Positions 9,488-19,600 of a DNA stretch of 64,000 bases are shown in pieces (position 1 is the stretch's first letter; each line of letters begins with the position of its first letter). Source of the stretch: Escherichia phage vB_EcoM_TU01; the sequence record MZ560701; one strand, given 5' to 3'. The notes beneath the pieces are model-generated. The model was not told the origin of the DNA. It made no database searches and worked only from the letters and a program-made list of their open reading frames with translations. The position numbers and the translations under genes are program-made.

Positions 9488-9787
9488 ATGCTTACTAAAA
9501 TCAAAGAAAATCCTGCCACTGAACTTGTTATTCGTTGTGAAGAACTTGCAGAGCTTTATCAGGTTAACCGAGAAGTATATCGTAGTGTTGTTGCAGATAT
9601 GGCAGATGAAGTATGTTCTCGTATTCCTTTTAGTGTTGATTTCAATCACATGAAGCCTGGTGAAATCACTATCGTCTTTGGTTCTGACTATACTGAAGAA
9701 CGGGCTCTTAATGCCCTAGAATATGAAATGTCGTTCTTCGACATACAGGACTATATTGATAGTTATAAGGAACGATATGAGTCATAA
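9488..9787 (+). CDS. hypothetical acidic protein
   Basis: about 99 aa from the internal ATG; alternative upstream start 9401 (ATGA overlap); acidic C-terminus. Confidence 0.5.
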   Translation: MLTKIKENPATELVIRCEELAELYQVNREVYRSVVADMADEVCSRIPFSVDFNHMKPGEITIVFGSDYTEERALNALEYEMSFFDIQDYIDSYKERYES

Positions 9788-9938
9788 TCTTCAGAACGTA
9801 GTAGAGGCCGAACGTGAGCGTGAGGCTTTAGTCTATAATGAATTATTAGTTCCGTTCTTGGCCTTACACTCGTACGAACAGGAAGACTATACCAATTACG
9901 TTAAAAGCGTAGAAAAAGCCGTTTACAATCAACACTGA
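9777..9938 (+). CDS. hypothetical small protein
   Basis: 53-aa ORF with AAGGAA RBS, start overlaps previous stop. Confidence 0.4.
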   Translation: MSHNLQNVVEAEREREALVYNELLVPFLALHSYEQEDYTNYVKSVEKAVYNQH

Positions 9939-9984
9939 TAATGGTACTATACTCCTATCAACTAAGTGGAATGAATAAAACGTT

Positions 9985-10257
9985 ATGAATAAAGACATTG
10001 AAATCGTACGTGAAATTATTACTATTGCTTCTATTTTGATTAAATTCTCTAGGGAAGATATTGTTGAAGACCGAGCAAGTTTCATCGGATTCTTGAATGA
10101 GATTGGAATTAAAAAAGATGGTCGGCANCTAAATCAGAATTCGTTCAGAAAACTAATTACAAATTTAACTGCCGAAGAAAAGAAAACACTGATTAGTGAA
10201 TTCAATGAAGGTTTTGAAAATATTTATCGTCATTTAGCGATGTATTCTAACAACTAA
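9985..10257 (+). CDS. asiA: anti-sigma70 factor AsiA
   Basis: 90 aa; MNKDIEIVREIITIASILIKFSREDIVE... nearly identical to T4 AsiA. Confidence 0.95.
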   Translation: MNKDIEIVREIITIASILIKFSREDIVEDRASFIGFLNEIGIKKDGRXLNQNSFRKLITNLTAEEKKTLISEFNEGFENIYRHLAMYSNN

Positions 10258-10917
10258 TTATTTAGCCCTTCCTAGTATTCGGACCGCTTGGTTGCATATA
10301 GCCGCTAAGCGATCCTCCTCAAGTATATTATTCCCCTTATACCAATACATCGTCACAGTTCCAGCATAGATGTTATCCAAATTAAAGTATGGACAACTAT
10401 ACATATAAGAAAGTTCGGCAGTCTTAGATTTTGTAGGCAAAAATGCAAATTCTGATTTAGACGAGAAATGACGGCCGCTTAAATGAATTATATATTCATC
10501 GGCCGTTTTATCCACTGGGAATCCGCCAAGGGACTTTTCAGAAATTGTGCTAGGTAGTTTGCCTTCATAAGCTATAAGGTCGACAAAATAATTTAAGTTT
10601 TTAGGTCTGAAAGAATACACAGCACTAAAATCTGCACCAGATGAGATATGAACTATTTGCAGTTGTTCTAGAGCCGCAGATTCAAAACGTAAAGCTCGTT
10701 CTTTTTGGATTATTTCAGTATAAGTATCATACTTAGCTCTTACGTAATAATCCAGCAAAATACTTCCTTTGTACCATATTAGTGCCATTAGGAACAAAAG
10801 AATAATTACCGCTACTCGAGACATTAAAACCTTTCCAGTAGCGTTATCTTTGAAAATACGATCTAGCAACCCAAATAGAATATCACTAGGCGAAAATGAT
10901 ACTTTTGGTGTTGCCAT
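10258..10917 (-). CDS. t: holin T
   Basis: 219 aa; SFSPSDILFG, NATGKVL, single N-terminal TM, C-terminus ARILGRAK match T4 holin (218 aa). Confidence 0.95.
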   Translation of the reverse strand: MATPKVSFSPSDILFGLLDRIFKDNATGKVLMSRVAVIILLFLMALIWYKGSILLDYYVRAKYDTYTEIIQKERALRFESAALEQLQIVHISSGADFSAVYSFRPKNLNYFVDLIAYEGKLPSTISEKSLGGFPVDKTADEYIIHLSGRHFSSKSEFAFLPTKSKTAELSYMYSCPYFNLDNIYAGTVTMYWYKGNNILEEDRLAAICNQAVRILGRAK

Positions 10918-10926
10918 AATACCTCC

Positions 10927-11478
10927 TTACTTAAAGATATTTATAATCGCTTTGACAATAGATTTGTTTTCAAGGTCAGGGAATTTAGGGAATTCACCGC
11001 CAAGATGTTCATGTTTTTCTAAAAGGGCAAAGAATTTTTTGAGCTCTTTAAATTTTCGTTTTTCTTCTCTATTAGCAACCTCTGCGTCAATAAGAGAACT
11101 TAAAACACTGAATAATTTATAGAGTTCATGAATTTTCTTATCACGTTGAACTACGCGTTTATATGCTTCATCTTCCTTCCACCCGTCACCGGTCCAAATG
11201 TCAAATTCACCAGGTTCTTCTGTAGTAACATTTTGAAGAGCACCTGGGGTGTCAATAACAATTTTTTGCTTATCATAAGTCCATACTGTTTTTCCACGAT
11301 GGTCTTCAACATATACCCATTCTTGCTCGCGTTCGTCAAATATAACAGCATAGCCTTCTTTAGGGTCTAAAGGTTTTTTTGGTGTTGAATGAGCCGGAAA
11401 TCCTACGCCTTTTAATGGTTTATAATTTTCTTCTTTGTAAAATTCTTTAGTGTCAAAATAATAGTGATAGAGTTTCAT
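10927..11478 (-). CDS. 38: gp38, T4-type tail-fibre assembly chaperone for gp37
   Basis: 183 aa; MKLYHYYFDTKEFYKEENYKP..., FALLEKHEHLGGEFP match T4 gp38 (183 aa). Confidence 0.93.
   Translation of the reverse strand: MKLYHYYFDTKEFYKEENYKPLKGVGFPAHSTPKKPLDPKEGYAVIFDEREQEWVYVEDHRGKTVWTYDKQKIVIDTPGALQNVTTEEPGEFDIWTGDGWKEDEAYKRVVQRDKKIHELYKLFSVLSSLIDAEVANREEKRKFKELKKFFALLEKHEHLGGEFPKFPDLENKSIVKAIINIFK
10938..10945 (-). promoter_or_regulatory. late promoter of holin t
   Basis: TATAAATA on the - strand inside the 3' end of gene 38, about 21 nt upstream of t. Confidence 0.7.
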
Positions 11479-11488
11479 ATTATAAAAA

Positions 11489-11508
11489 GGGACAGAAGTC
11501 CCTTCTCC
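11489..11508 (-). promoter_or_regulatory. gene 38 translation-initiation hairpin (split SD/AUG)
   Basis: - strand reads AAGGAG, GGGAC-UUCU-GUCCC hairpin, UUUUUAUAAU, AUG; the hairpin sits between SD and start codon. Confidence 0.6.
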
Positions 11509-14500
11509 TTATGCTAAACGAACGATATAGTTAAAAGCAACGTTTTTAACAGTGTTTTCTGTATTACCTGTACTATTTACAGTGATTGTATGTCCATGGG
11601 AACCAATTGCAACAGTATGAGAATGAGCACCAATACCTACCGTATGAGTATGAGCACCAATACCCACAGTATGGGCATGGTTACCCGTAGCGCTAGTAGT
11701 TCCTGACCAACTATGGGTGTGGGCACCATCTGAAGAAGTTTTGGCCATATTCGACGATGCAGTAGCACCGCTCACGGTTGCAGTGANTTTAGCGTTGCCG
11801 TTTGGACCCGCACTATTGTATCCATCATAGAATACGCTAGTGGGTATGCCGCCTTGTANCTGAGGACCTGAACGCGCGTGTTGGTGAGCTCCTGCGGAAC
11901 TAGTATTACCACTCACTGTATGGTTATGGTTGCCAGTGGTATTACTGGTCTTAGTACCATAATCAAAGCTTGAAGTCGTTTTGCTACCGTAATCAAAACT
12001 AGANGTGGTNTTAGTACCCAAATCTGTGCTTGATGCACTTGCACTATGGCTATGTGACTTAACACCGTCTGCTTCTGTACTTAATACAGCACGCCCAGAT
12101 GGTTTACCCTTGATAGTTTGACCACGCATATCAGGCAGTGCGCCGGAAGGATACACAGCAGCTAACTTAGGATACAAGCCAGCATCAAATGTTTGACCTT
12201 CCATTATGGCATAACCTTCAGGAGGTGTATCAGTAGGCCAAGGAATCGGAGCACCAATTGGATAACTCGACACAATATCCGTCTTAAGGTTATTTATTGT
12301 GGTATTCAAGTTAGCAAAATTACCAGAACCACCAGTAATATTACCATCAGTTCCAATACGAACATTACCAGCGCCTAATTTACCAGGAGAATAAAAATCA
12401 CCGTTTTTATTAAATTCCCATCCAAGATCCTTTATAACAGCACCAGTAGAAACGCCGTCACCACCTTCNTGATANTGAANTCTAAAGTTACCACCATTAA
12501 TTAAAGTACCAATAGAATAGCAACTATTATTTTGAACGTATCTTTGTTTCACAATAGGAACATAAGTGCTTGTATCNGTTCTATCAATATTCATATAGAA
12601 CGGTGCACGAACNTTTTCNTTATTNTGTGAAGCAAANGAACCGGCTCCAGCAGGTCGTGCAGTATCAGTACATTCTGCATCAATGTATGCCGACTGNCCT
12701 AANTGCATACGGTAATTAGGAGAAATNCGACTATGGCTAGTTATNACAACAAGTTTACTATCATTNTCAACAGTAACCATATTNCCGCCNGCNCCATCAT
12801 CACCTAANGTAACNGAATGNCGCATTTGNACCATACCNTTATTAANNNNNNNNNNNNNNNNACGAAGATTACCTATTTCGCCATTTTCTCCTTGGTCTTT
12901 AAGAGTAGGAATAATATGCAATGCCGTTTCNGAACGACGGAAAATAGCGCCATATTCGGCGTTCCAAATTCTCAANGCATCTGCNGTTCCNCCNAATTTA
13001 GCTTGNCCNTTTACAGANAATCCATTATTNGCAACTAAACTAGATTCAGTAACAATNGAACCGGCCGATATAATACCACCACCCACACGTAAAGCGCCGG
13101 AAATTCTGAATTGAAGAGTACCGACAGTTTCAGAACCNGTTGGAGCTAAACGTTGNGAATAAAAATGATAGCCCTGGCCGTCATACAATTCAAATACAGT
13201 TTCGCGGTCACCGGCAGTGGGGTCGAATGCATTACCCCAAGCTTTCATAGTCAGATAACTTTTATTTTGTCCAGCACGGGTCCCGGCGTTCCACTGGATA
13301 GTTCTCGAGCCATCAACTTTGCTAGGGGCNCCAANTTTAAGGCCTGCGNTATTATTAGNANTATTTAAAAATAATTCNTTGTCTAATTTAACNGGTTGGA
13401 TNGAAGAAATAGTNCCGTCAGCATAAAACTGTACGTTATCAGAGCCAGTTACTAGTTTCANAATACCCGGGTTAATTTCCATACCTTGTTGGGTATTAAT
13501 ATTAGTTTTGCCTTTNCCGCGGAAATAGTGGTTCATTTTACCGCCNGAGTTATAACCAATNTGNGTNTGACCNTCNCCNGCATTGTTTTCATCAGCTTGT
13601 GTTTGAACTGATAAAAATGCNGCGTTCGTTCCAGGCATAATCCANGTTGTGCCTTGGTCTTCTGAACGTCCAAATAATGCTTTACGAGTACTACGGAAAC
13701 TATCAGGAGTAATAGAAGCAACAGAATTCCAATTACCCACTAAATCATAAACACCCTGCTTAATGTATTTTAAACCAGTGGCAGCATCGCCCAAAGCAAT
13801 ATATCTTTCTCCCATTGGAGTAGGAGAGCCGTAGTTATTGGTATTTTCATCAGTGGTAATTGTGCCAATAGCAAGTGAACGACGTAATACCATTGCGCCA
13901 TCATTACGAAGACCCATTAATTTAGTAGTAAGTGTATTTCCGGTCCACCAAGAAATTTCATCATTCTTACCAGTTTGAGCTGAAGCGATTTCATGGTAAA
14001 TAGTTCCGCCTGATTTAGCGCGAACTTTACGAAGATAGTTTACACCATTTTCTTCGCCTGTTCCAGGATAAACATATTGAACTAATGATTGCGAATCATA
14101 TTGTCCGAATGCTTTTGTGTCTAAAACAATGGTTTTCGTATTAACTTGTGGAGCAGAAACTATACCATTAGCGGAGTTAATATTGCCTGACGCAGAAATA
14201 TTACCTGTGCGGACCTCAATATTGCCAGAATCTACAATAAAATTACCGTTACGGTTAAAGACCCAGTGTTTAGAATTGTCTGGAGCTGTAGAATCAATAT
14301 AATGAACTCTAAATGAGCCTTCGCTTACTAATGTACCTACTGAAAAAGTACCGTCTTTATAACGTTGCTTAATCAAAGGGTGGTATTCAGAAGTTGAAGT
14401 AGTTGAACTCAAATCTGTAAAGATAGGGGCTTTATTCAAATGTTGGTTAGCCCAAGCGCCATTTCCAGCGGTTTTTGGCAAGAATTCAATATACTTTCCT

Positions 14501-14751
14501 GCATAAACAAACTGGTTTCCATTAAGATTATATGAGCCGTTTTGTAAATAATCACCATTTTGAGTTACATTACCGTTAATATCCCCGCCCTTAGCAAAGC
14601 CTAGGCTAATAATATTACCGAGGTCATCTTTAGTAAAAAGAGTTCGATCTTTTAAGTTTATCGCTAATTCGCCTTCGGCTAATTGTGCTGCAGTAGGATT
14701 AACTCCTGCCACTTTGCTTCTTTTAAATTGTATCTGTTTTAATGTAGCCAT
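11509..14751 (-). CDS. 37: long tail fibre distal subunit gp37
   Basis: 1080 aa; conserved N-terminus [13 protein letters not shown]; C-terminal series of HxH motifs as in the T4 gp37 tip; many masked N positions. Confidence 0.95.
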   Translation of the reverse strand: MATLKQIQFKRSKVAGVNPTAAQLAEGELAINLKDRTLFTKDDLGNIISLGFAKGGDINGNVTQNGDYLQNGSYNLNGNQFVYAGKYIEFLPKTAGNGAWANQHLNKAPIFTDLSSTTSTSEYHPLIKQRYKDGTFSVGTLVSEGSFRVHYIDSTAPDNSKHWVFNRNGNFIVDSGNIEVRTGNISASGNINSANGIVSAPQVNTKTIVLDTKAFGQYDSQSLVQYVYPGTGEENGVNYLRKVRAKSGGTIYHEIASAQTGKNDEISWWTGNTLTTKLMGLRNDGAMVLRRSLAIGTITTDENTNNYGSPTPMGERYIALGDAATGLKYIKQGVYDLVGNWNSVASITPDSFRSTRKALFGRSEDQGTXWIMPGTNXAFLSVQTQADENNXXXGXXXIGYNXGGKMNHYFRXKGKTNINTQQGMEINPGIXKLVTGSDNVQFYADXTISXIQXVKLDXELFLNXXNNXAGLKXXAPSKVDGSRTIQWNAGTRAGQNKSYLTMKAWGNAFDPTAGDRETVFELYDGQGYHFYXQRLAPXGSETVGTLQFRISGALRVGGGIISAGXIVTESSLVXNNGXSVXXQAKXXGXADXLRIWNAEYGAIFRRXETALHIIPTLKDQGENGEIGNLRXXXXXXNXGMXQMXHXVXLGDDXXGXNMVTVXNDSKLVXITSHSXISPNYRMXLXQSAYIDAECTDTARPAGAGXFASXNXEXVRAPFYMNIDRXDTSTYVPIVKQRYVQNNSCYSIGTLINGGNFRXXYXEGGDGVSTGAVIKDLGWEFNKNGDFYSPGKLGAGNVRIGTDGNITGGSGNFANLNTTINNLKTDIVSSYPIGAPIPWPTDTPPEGYAIMEGQTFDAGLYPKLAAVYPSGALPDMRGQTIKGKPSGRAVLSTEADGVKSHSHSASASSTDLGTXTXSSFDYGSKTTSSFDYGTKTSNTTGNHNHTVSGNTSSAGAHQHARSGPQXQGGIPTSVFYDGYNSAGPNGNAKXTATVSGATASSNMAKTSSDGAHTHSWSGTTSATGNHAHTVGIGAHTHTVGIGAHSHTVAIGSHGHTITVNSTGNTENTVKNVAFNYIVRLA

Positions 14752-14759
14752 AAGTCCTC

Positions 14760-15425
14760 TTAATAATAGCCGAAATCTTGAACAGAATCTTTAATTACAA
14801 TCTGGTCGAAACGAGGAACATGATTAGCCTCAGACGCCGGATTCTGTGAGAAAAAGTTTGGTGCTGTTAAAGTACCAGTCATGGTATCGCCAGAACGCAA
14901 TACACGAGAATTTGCGTTATCCGTAACAATATTTATTCGTCCATCAACATAATCTTTTCTTGTGAGATCATTTGCTGCAACCGGAGCAGTCATATCGCTT
15001 CTTACTTGTCCTGAAGCAGATACAACGCCTTTTGTACTAATATCACCATTACGTGTGTTAATTACAACAGTTCGAGCTGCTGAACCTTGCGATGATTTAA
15101 AACCAATACCATTCCACGAAACAATATCGATATTTGCTACAGCAAAAGTAGCATTATCACCGTTGCCTGGATAAACACCGCNTTGNTTTGTGTTATTTAC
15201 GGCATAAGGTACTTGNACGCCGCCGTTAAATGTTACCTTTGANGCATAAGTACCACCATTAGCTTTAGAAACGAAATCGTTATCAGCAGCTTGTGGTTTA
15301 TTATATTCTGAATAGAGTTTAAACGTTTTATACAGGACGTCATCACCTGCTGGCATTAAAGGGAAATTACCTTGATGCCATATAACGGCACCGCCAGTTG
15401 TACTACCAGCTTTTAAATCGGCCAT
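14760..15425 (-). CDS. 36: long tail fibre distal connector gp36
   Basis: 221 aa (T4 gp36 221 aa), position between 35 and 37. Confidence 0.9.
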   Translation of the reverse strand: MADLKAGSTTGGAVIWHQGNFPLMPAGDDVLYKTFKLYSEYNKPQAADNDFVSKANGGTYXSKVTFNGGXQVPYAVNNTXQXGVYPGNGDNATFAVANIDIVSWNGIGFKSSQGSAARTVVINTRNGDISTKGVVSASGQVRSDMTAPVAANDLTRKDYVDGRINIVTDNANSRVLRSGDTMTGTLTAPNFFSQNPASEANHVPRFDQIVIKDSVQDFGYY

Positions 15426-15449
15426 AGTTGTCTCCTTATATGTATACCG

Positions 15450-15457
15450 TATTTATA
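15450..15457 (-). promoter_or_regulatory. late promoter of gene 36
   Basis: TATAAATA on the - strand between the gene 35 terminator and gene 36 start. Confidence 0.75.
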
Positions 15458-15464
15458 CAAAAAT

Positions 15465-15482
15465 GGGAGACCGAAGTCTCCC
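15465..15482 (-). terminator. intrinsic terminator after gene 35
   Basis: GGGAGAC-UUCG-GUCUCCC on the - strand followed by a U-run; just upstream of the gene 36 late promoter. Confidence 0.75.
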
Positions 15483-15487
15483 TAAAT

Positions 15488-16615
15488 TTATTCTGATGCT
15501 TCTTTAAATTCTTGTCCAAATACCTTACCGGTATCAGTTGAAGATTGAGTAGGTAATGTCATTATGTCTGGGGCACTTAAAGATTCTGAAACATAATTTA
15601 CGCGAATACCATTTATACCAAACTCTGCAGGTTTTGAAACGCTTCCATTACATGATACTTCAGTGAATATAACGTTTCTTAATCCACCTTGCCCGACTGG
15701 AGCTGTACGATAACAATAAATCGTGAACCCGTCAGCACCAGCAGGAATTTCTATGTAGTCTTCATATATCTTCCATTCACCTGCNGCNCCATCAAAGTTT
15801 ATATCCTTAAATGAAATAGGTGAAGTAGAAGGAGATTTAAAGAACCGAATAGAAAGTCGTGTCGTCCCTTGTGCTAACAAATCAGCATCAGCCATTAGTT
15901 GGAATTTCATATAAAGGAAATCTCCAGGCTTCAATTTATACCCAGCGAGAGGTGTAATAAGGGATGTTGTAGGCATCCTTTTAATTTCATTATTAGTACC
16001 TCCAACAGCAGATAAAAATGTGTCTGACGATTCATACGTACGACTAGGGAAGCCGGTAGCACCAATATCATCAATCGTGTCGTACACAACATCAAGTGGT
16101 GTACTATAGTCGGTTGAAGTTTTCTTATTACTATACTTAATATGTTCTAGTGCTATAGCATTCTTACCAGAAATATAAAATGCCGAATAAGAAATGTCCA
16201 CTATATTTAAAACTTGTTGAGCTAATGGAATAACAGAACTCCCAGCTTTAGTAAACCATGCAAGAACTTCGGGCGGAAAGTTTGTTTTAGCGTTAGTAAC
16301 AAGAGCAAATATAAAATTAGAAGCATATGTGTCCATGAAAGTAACAAATGCACTTGACGTGGTGTCGTTTTCAGTAGAGAAATTATATGACTTAGATTCA
16401 ACTACTGCACCTGTTGTAGGATTTATTACACGAACGTTTAATCCAACGGAAAAAACCTGGGACCCAAGTGGATTATCTTGGAACTTAATATAAGCAGGAG
16501 ATGTTGATAGCGGGCAAGATCCCGCTATGCTTAATTTAAATCGTACTGAATTGCTTTCCGATAAAAATGGCGTTTGGACGTATCCTTGTCCAAACTTAGC
16601 CATAAATTTTTCCAT
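15488..16615 (-). CDS. 35: long tail fibre hinge gp35
   Basis: 375 aa, position between 34 and 36 (T4 gp35 372 aa). Confidence 0.9.
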   Translation of the reverse strand: MEKFMAKFGQGYVQTPFLSESNSVRFKLSIAGSCPLSTSPAYIKFQDNPLGSQVFSVGLNVRVINPTTGAVVESKSYNFSTENDTTSSAFVTFMDTYASNFIFALVTNAKTNFPPEVLAWFTKAGSSVIPLAQQVLNIVDISYSAFYISGKNAIALEHIKYSNKKTSTDYSTPLDVVYDTIDDIGATGFPSRTYESSDTFLSAVGGTNNEIKRMPTTSLITPLAGYKLKPGDFLYMKFQLMADADLLAQGTTRLSIRFFKSPSTSPISFKDINFDXXAGEWKIYEDYIEIPAGADGFTIYCYRTAPVGQGGLRNVIFTEVSCNGSVSKPAEFGINGIRVNYVSESLSAPDIMTLPTQSSTDTGKVFGQEFKEASE

Positions 16616-16623
16616 AATACCTC

Positions 16624-19600
16624 TTATTCAATCCACTCGAATTTAACAGATTTATTCACAGGGTCTGGAATAATGCGGACATTACCAATCCTTAAGAAAT
16701 CCCTTATTGTCAAGTTTCCGATTGTTGCATTATCAGAAGGTAAAGCGCCAATATCAGAAGGTTGAGGAGGGTTTCCACCATCAAATACCTGAACAAAACT
16801 TGACCAAGAATTTTTAGTTTTCTGCCATGTACGTGTCCAACGAGTGGTACGTGCTTCTGGAGTTGTTGGATAAGTAATCCAATCTTGGTAAAGTGAATCA
16901 AGTGTATTACCAAACTGAGTCAATGTACCAGGAGATTTAACTTCTTCGCCACGTTCTAAGTATGGAAGTCCAGTCACTTCATTAGTTTTTTCAACCATTT
17001 TAAAATAACCAGGNAANTGGTTATAAGTGGCTGAATCATTAATGTCAATTGACCAGAATCCTACTGTATCGGATGTTGGTGCNCGAGTNTATAAATCAGA
17101 TGTTTTAGTGCCCTGAGAACGAATTCTCGAGTTAACAGTCAAACCACCTGAATTTATAGTAGCACCTTTGGCGATGATTAAGCTTTCACCAATCGTTACT
17201 TGACCAGATGCGTTATTAATAGCTAAAGGACGTAATCCATTAAATCCGCCAGTCTGATCACCTGATGCAGTAAGCATAAAATAGGTGTTAGCAGCATCAT
17301 TACGAATAAAGAATCCATAATCGCCATTTATTGCTCTGAAAGCATTTGCAGACTTGCTGATGAATTCACCATTAGCAGTAACTGAACGTCCGAATGTTGC
17401 ANNGCCATTAACATTCATCAAACCGGAAGCATTAATGTTTATTGGCATTACAGTACCATTAATGCTAAACGCTATATTCCCATCTTTATTACGTTGAGAA
17501 TAAAAGTGATTAGATGTTTCATCACCAACTTCAAATACAGTAGAACGTGTTGTATCNGAACCGCCANCANANTGNTTNCCCCANACNCNGATAGTCATCG
17601 TCTGTGCTGGGTTAGTTCCAGTTTGAGGTCCTTTCTCAAAAATCAGACGAGTTGCNGTTCCAGTATTAGAAATAGTTAATGTACTATTTGCCGAAACTGA
17701 ACCACCAAACGTAGCAGTACTAGATGATACAAGAGGGGCTCTCAGATTCGTTTGTTGGGTTAAGGTTAGTGAACCATTAACCGTCTGTGCAATGTCCCTA
17801 CGAATGAACTGAGACGAATCTAGGCCATCTAATAAATTTGTGTCAGCAGCTTTTGCTTTTAATGGCAANTAATTTGCNANTACACGGTTTAATTCATATG
17901 GTGATACNGCATAGCTATTTTTCTCNTATGATTCTAAAGGTTGTGTAGAACCGACTGTATCATTACCAACGAATGTAATTGAACCGGATGAAGTTTTAAC
18001 AAAACCTCNNATCGCCGTAGTAGCAGCCCATGTTGGTTCGTTCTGGACAATCCATTTTAAATTCTTAGGAGATACAGCAGTATTAGCAGAAGTTCCTGTT
18101 ACAGTTTCAGCCTGAGTAGCAACCTTAATTACACCTTCAGACGTTTCAGTGGACTTAGTCCCTAAAAGCTTTTTAGGAGTAATAAGAACATCATCTAAAG
18201 TTCCTGCATTAGATTCTGCCTGGGTCGCTACGCGAAGTGTACCACGTTGTGTTTCATTTGCTTTAGAAATATCAAGAGTATAATGGTTCCACAAGGTTCC
18301 TTCTTCAATAAGTCCGGAATCAGAATTAACACTGGTACGGTCAGAAGAATCAAAATGAGTTTTAATTTTCAGTGGAGTCGAGATACGAGTATCATCAGTT
18401 CCAGTATCAAATTCAACTTGCGTAGCAATTTCGGCTATGCCGGATAATCCTTCCGTCGCTCTCCTATCATTTAACGTCTTAGGCGTTACTGCACGTGTAT
18501 AATCAGTCCCAGCATTAGTTTCTGCTTGCGTAGCAATTTCAATTAAACCAATACGTCCATCAGTAGAAGTTTTCTTATGTAGTGTTTCAGGAGTTACTAC
18601 AGCGTGAGAATAACCTGCTTGTGATTGACCAGCAATTACTTCACTATCAACAGCTAAAATTACTGCACCTTGTTGAGCATAAGTTGCTTTATATTGGTCA
18701 AGGGCTTTAGGAGAAATAGTTAACNTGGNTGTGTCTTTATTATAAACGTTAGTGCCTGCGGCCCCACGAGTTTCAGCAGGAGTAGCAGAAGTAGTTGATA
18801 CATATTTAACTATACCAGACAGCGTTTCNGANCCCTGACGTGCCTGCAATTTCTTAGGTGTAATAATCGTTGTGTCATCAAGACCAGCATCGGTTTCAGT
18901 CTGAGTAGCAATTTCAGCAAGACCTCGACGAGTTTCAGTTGCTGTACGCTCATTTAGTTTTTTAGGCGTAACAATAGTATCGTCCACAAATGATGCTGTG
19001 GAATTCTGGTTAACTTGCGCTGTTGTAGCAATTTTGGCGATACCACGTCGAGATTCAGTTGCTGTACGATTTGCCAACGTTTCAGGAGTAATAGCCACTT
19101 CTTTAGCTGGAGTATTCTCTAAATCAACATTTGCTTGTGCCTGAGTTGCAAGAGCAATAACACCTACACGAGCTCNNGTNGNATCGGATCCAGCATCAAC
19201 ACGTTCTACCGTAGGGACATTCTGTTGCACAACCCAATAACGNGTNNCAGCAACGGTGTCTTCGATATACGCTAATTCTAATACAGGAACATATGAAGTA
19301 GTGCCATTGAATTCTAGTTCAGTAACAGAGACCCATTGAGCATCAGGTGGATATTCAGAACGTTTAGGGAACTGAAGCAATGCAACAGAAGAAGCAATTG
19401 TATCACCTTCGGCAGCTTTAATTTTTACTGTTTGGCCTTTACGCATGTAGTTCATTGAAATTTTAACAGTGTCACCACTCAAAATTCCGGAAGGCAGCGT
19501 AAGATTAATAGTTCCGGCTGTAGCGTTATTTGTGCCAAAAATAAGAACTTCTTCATTTGGACGAATATTTGAATCCGCACGGATAATACGAAGACGCGAT

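Noticed and set aside
10769-11370. + strand ORFs 10769..11122 and 11128..11370 overlapping holin t and gene 38
   Set aside because: Antisense to two strongly supported - strand genes; no RBS or promoter.
12193-14302. Antisense and internal short ORFs within gene 37 (12193..12378, 12817..13038, 13153..13368, 13533..13721, 14117..14302)
   Set aside because: They lie wholly inside the long, well-supported gp37 frame, lack RBSs and contain masked positions; spurious.
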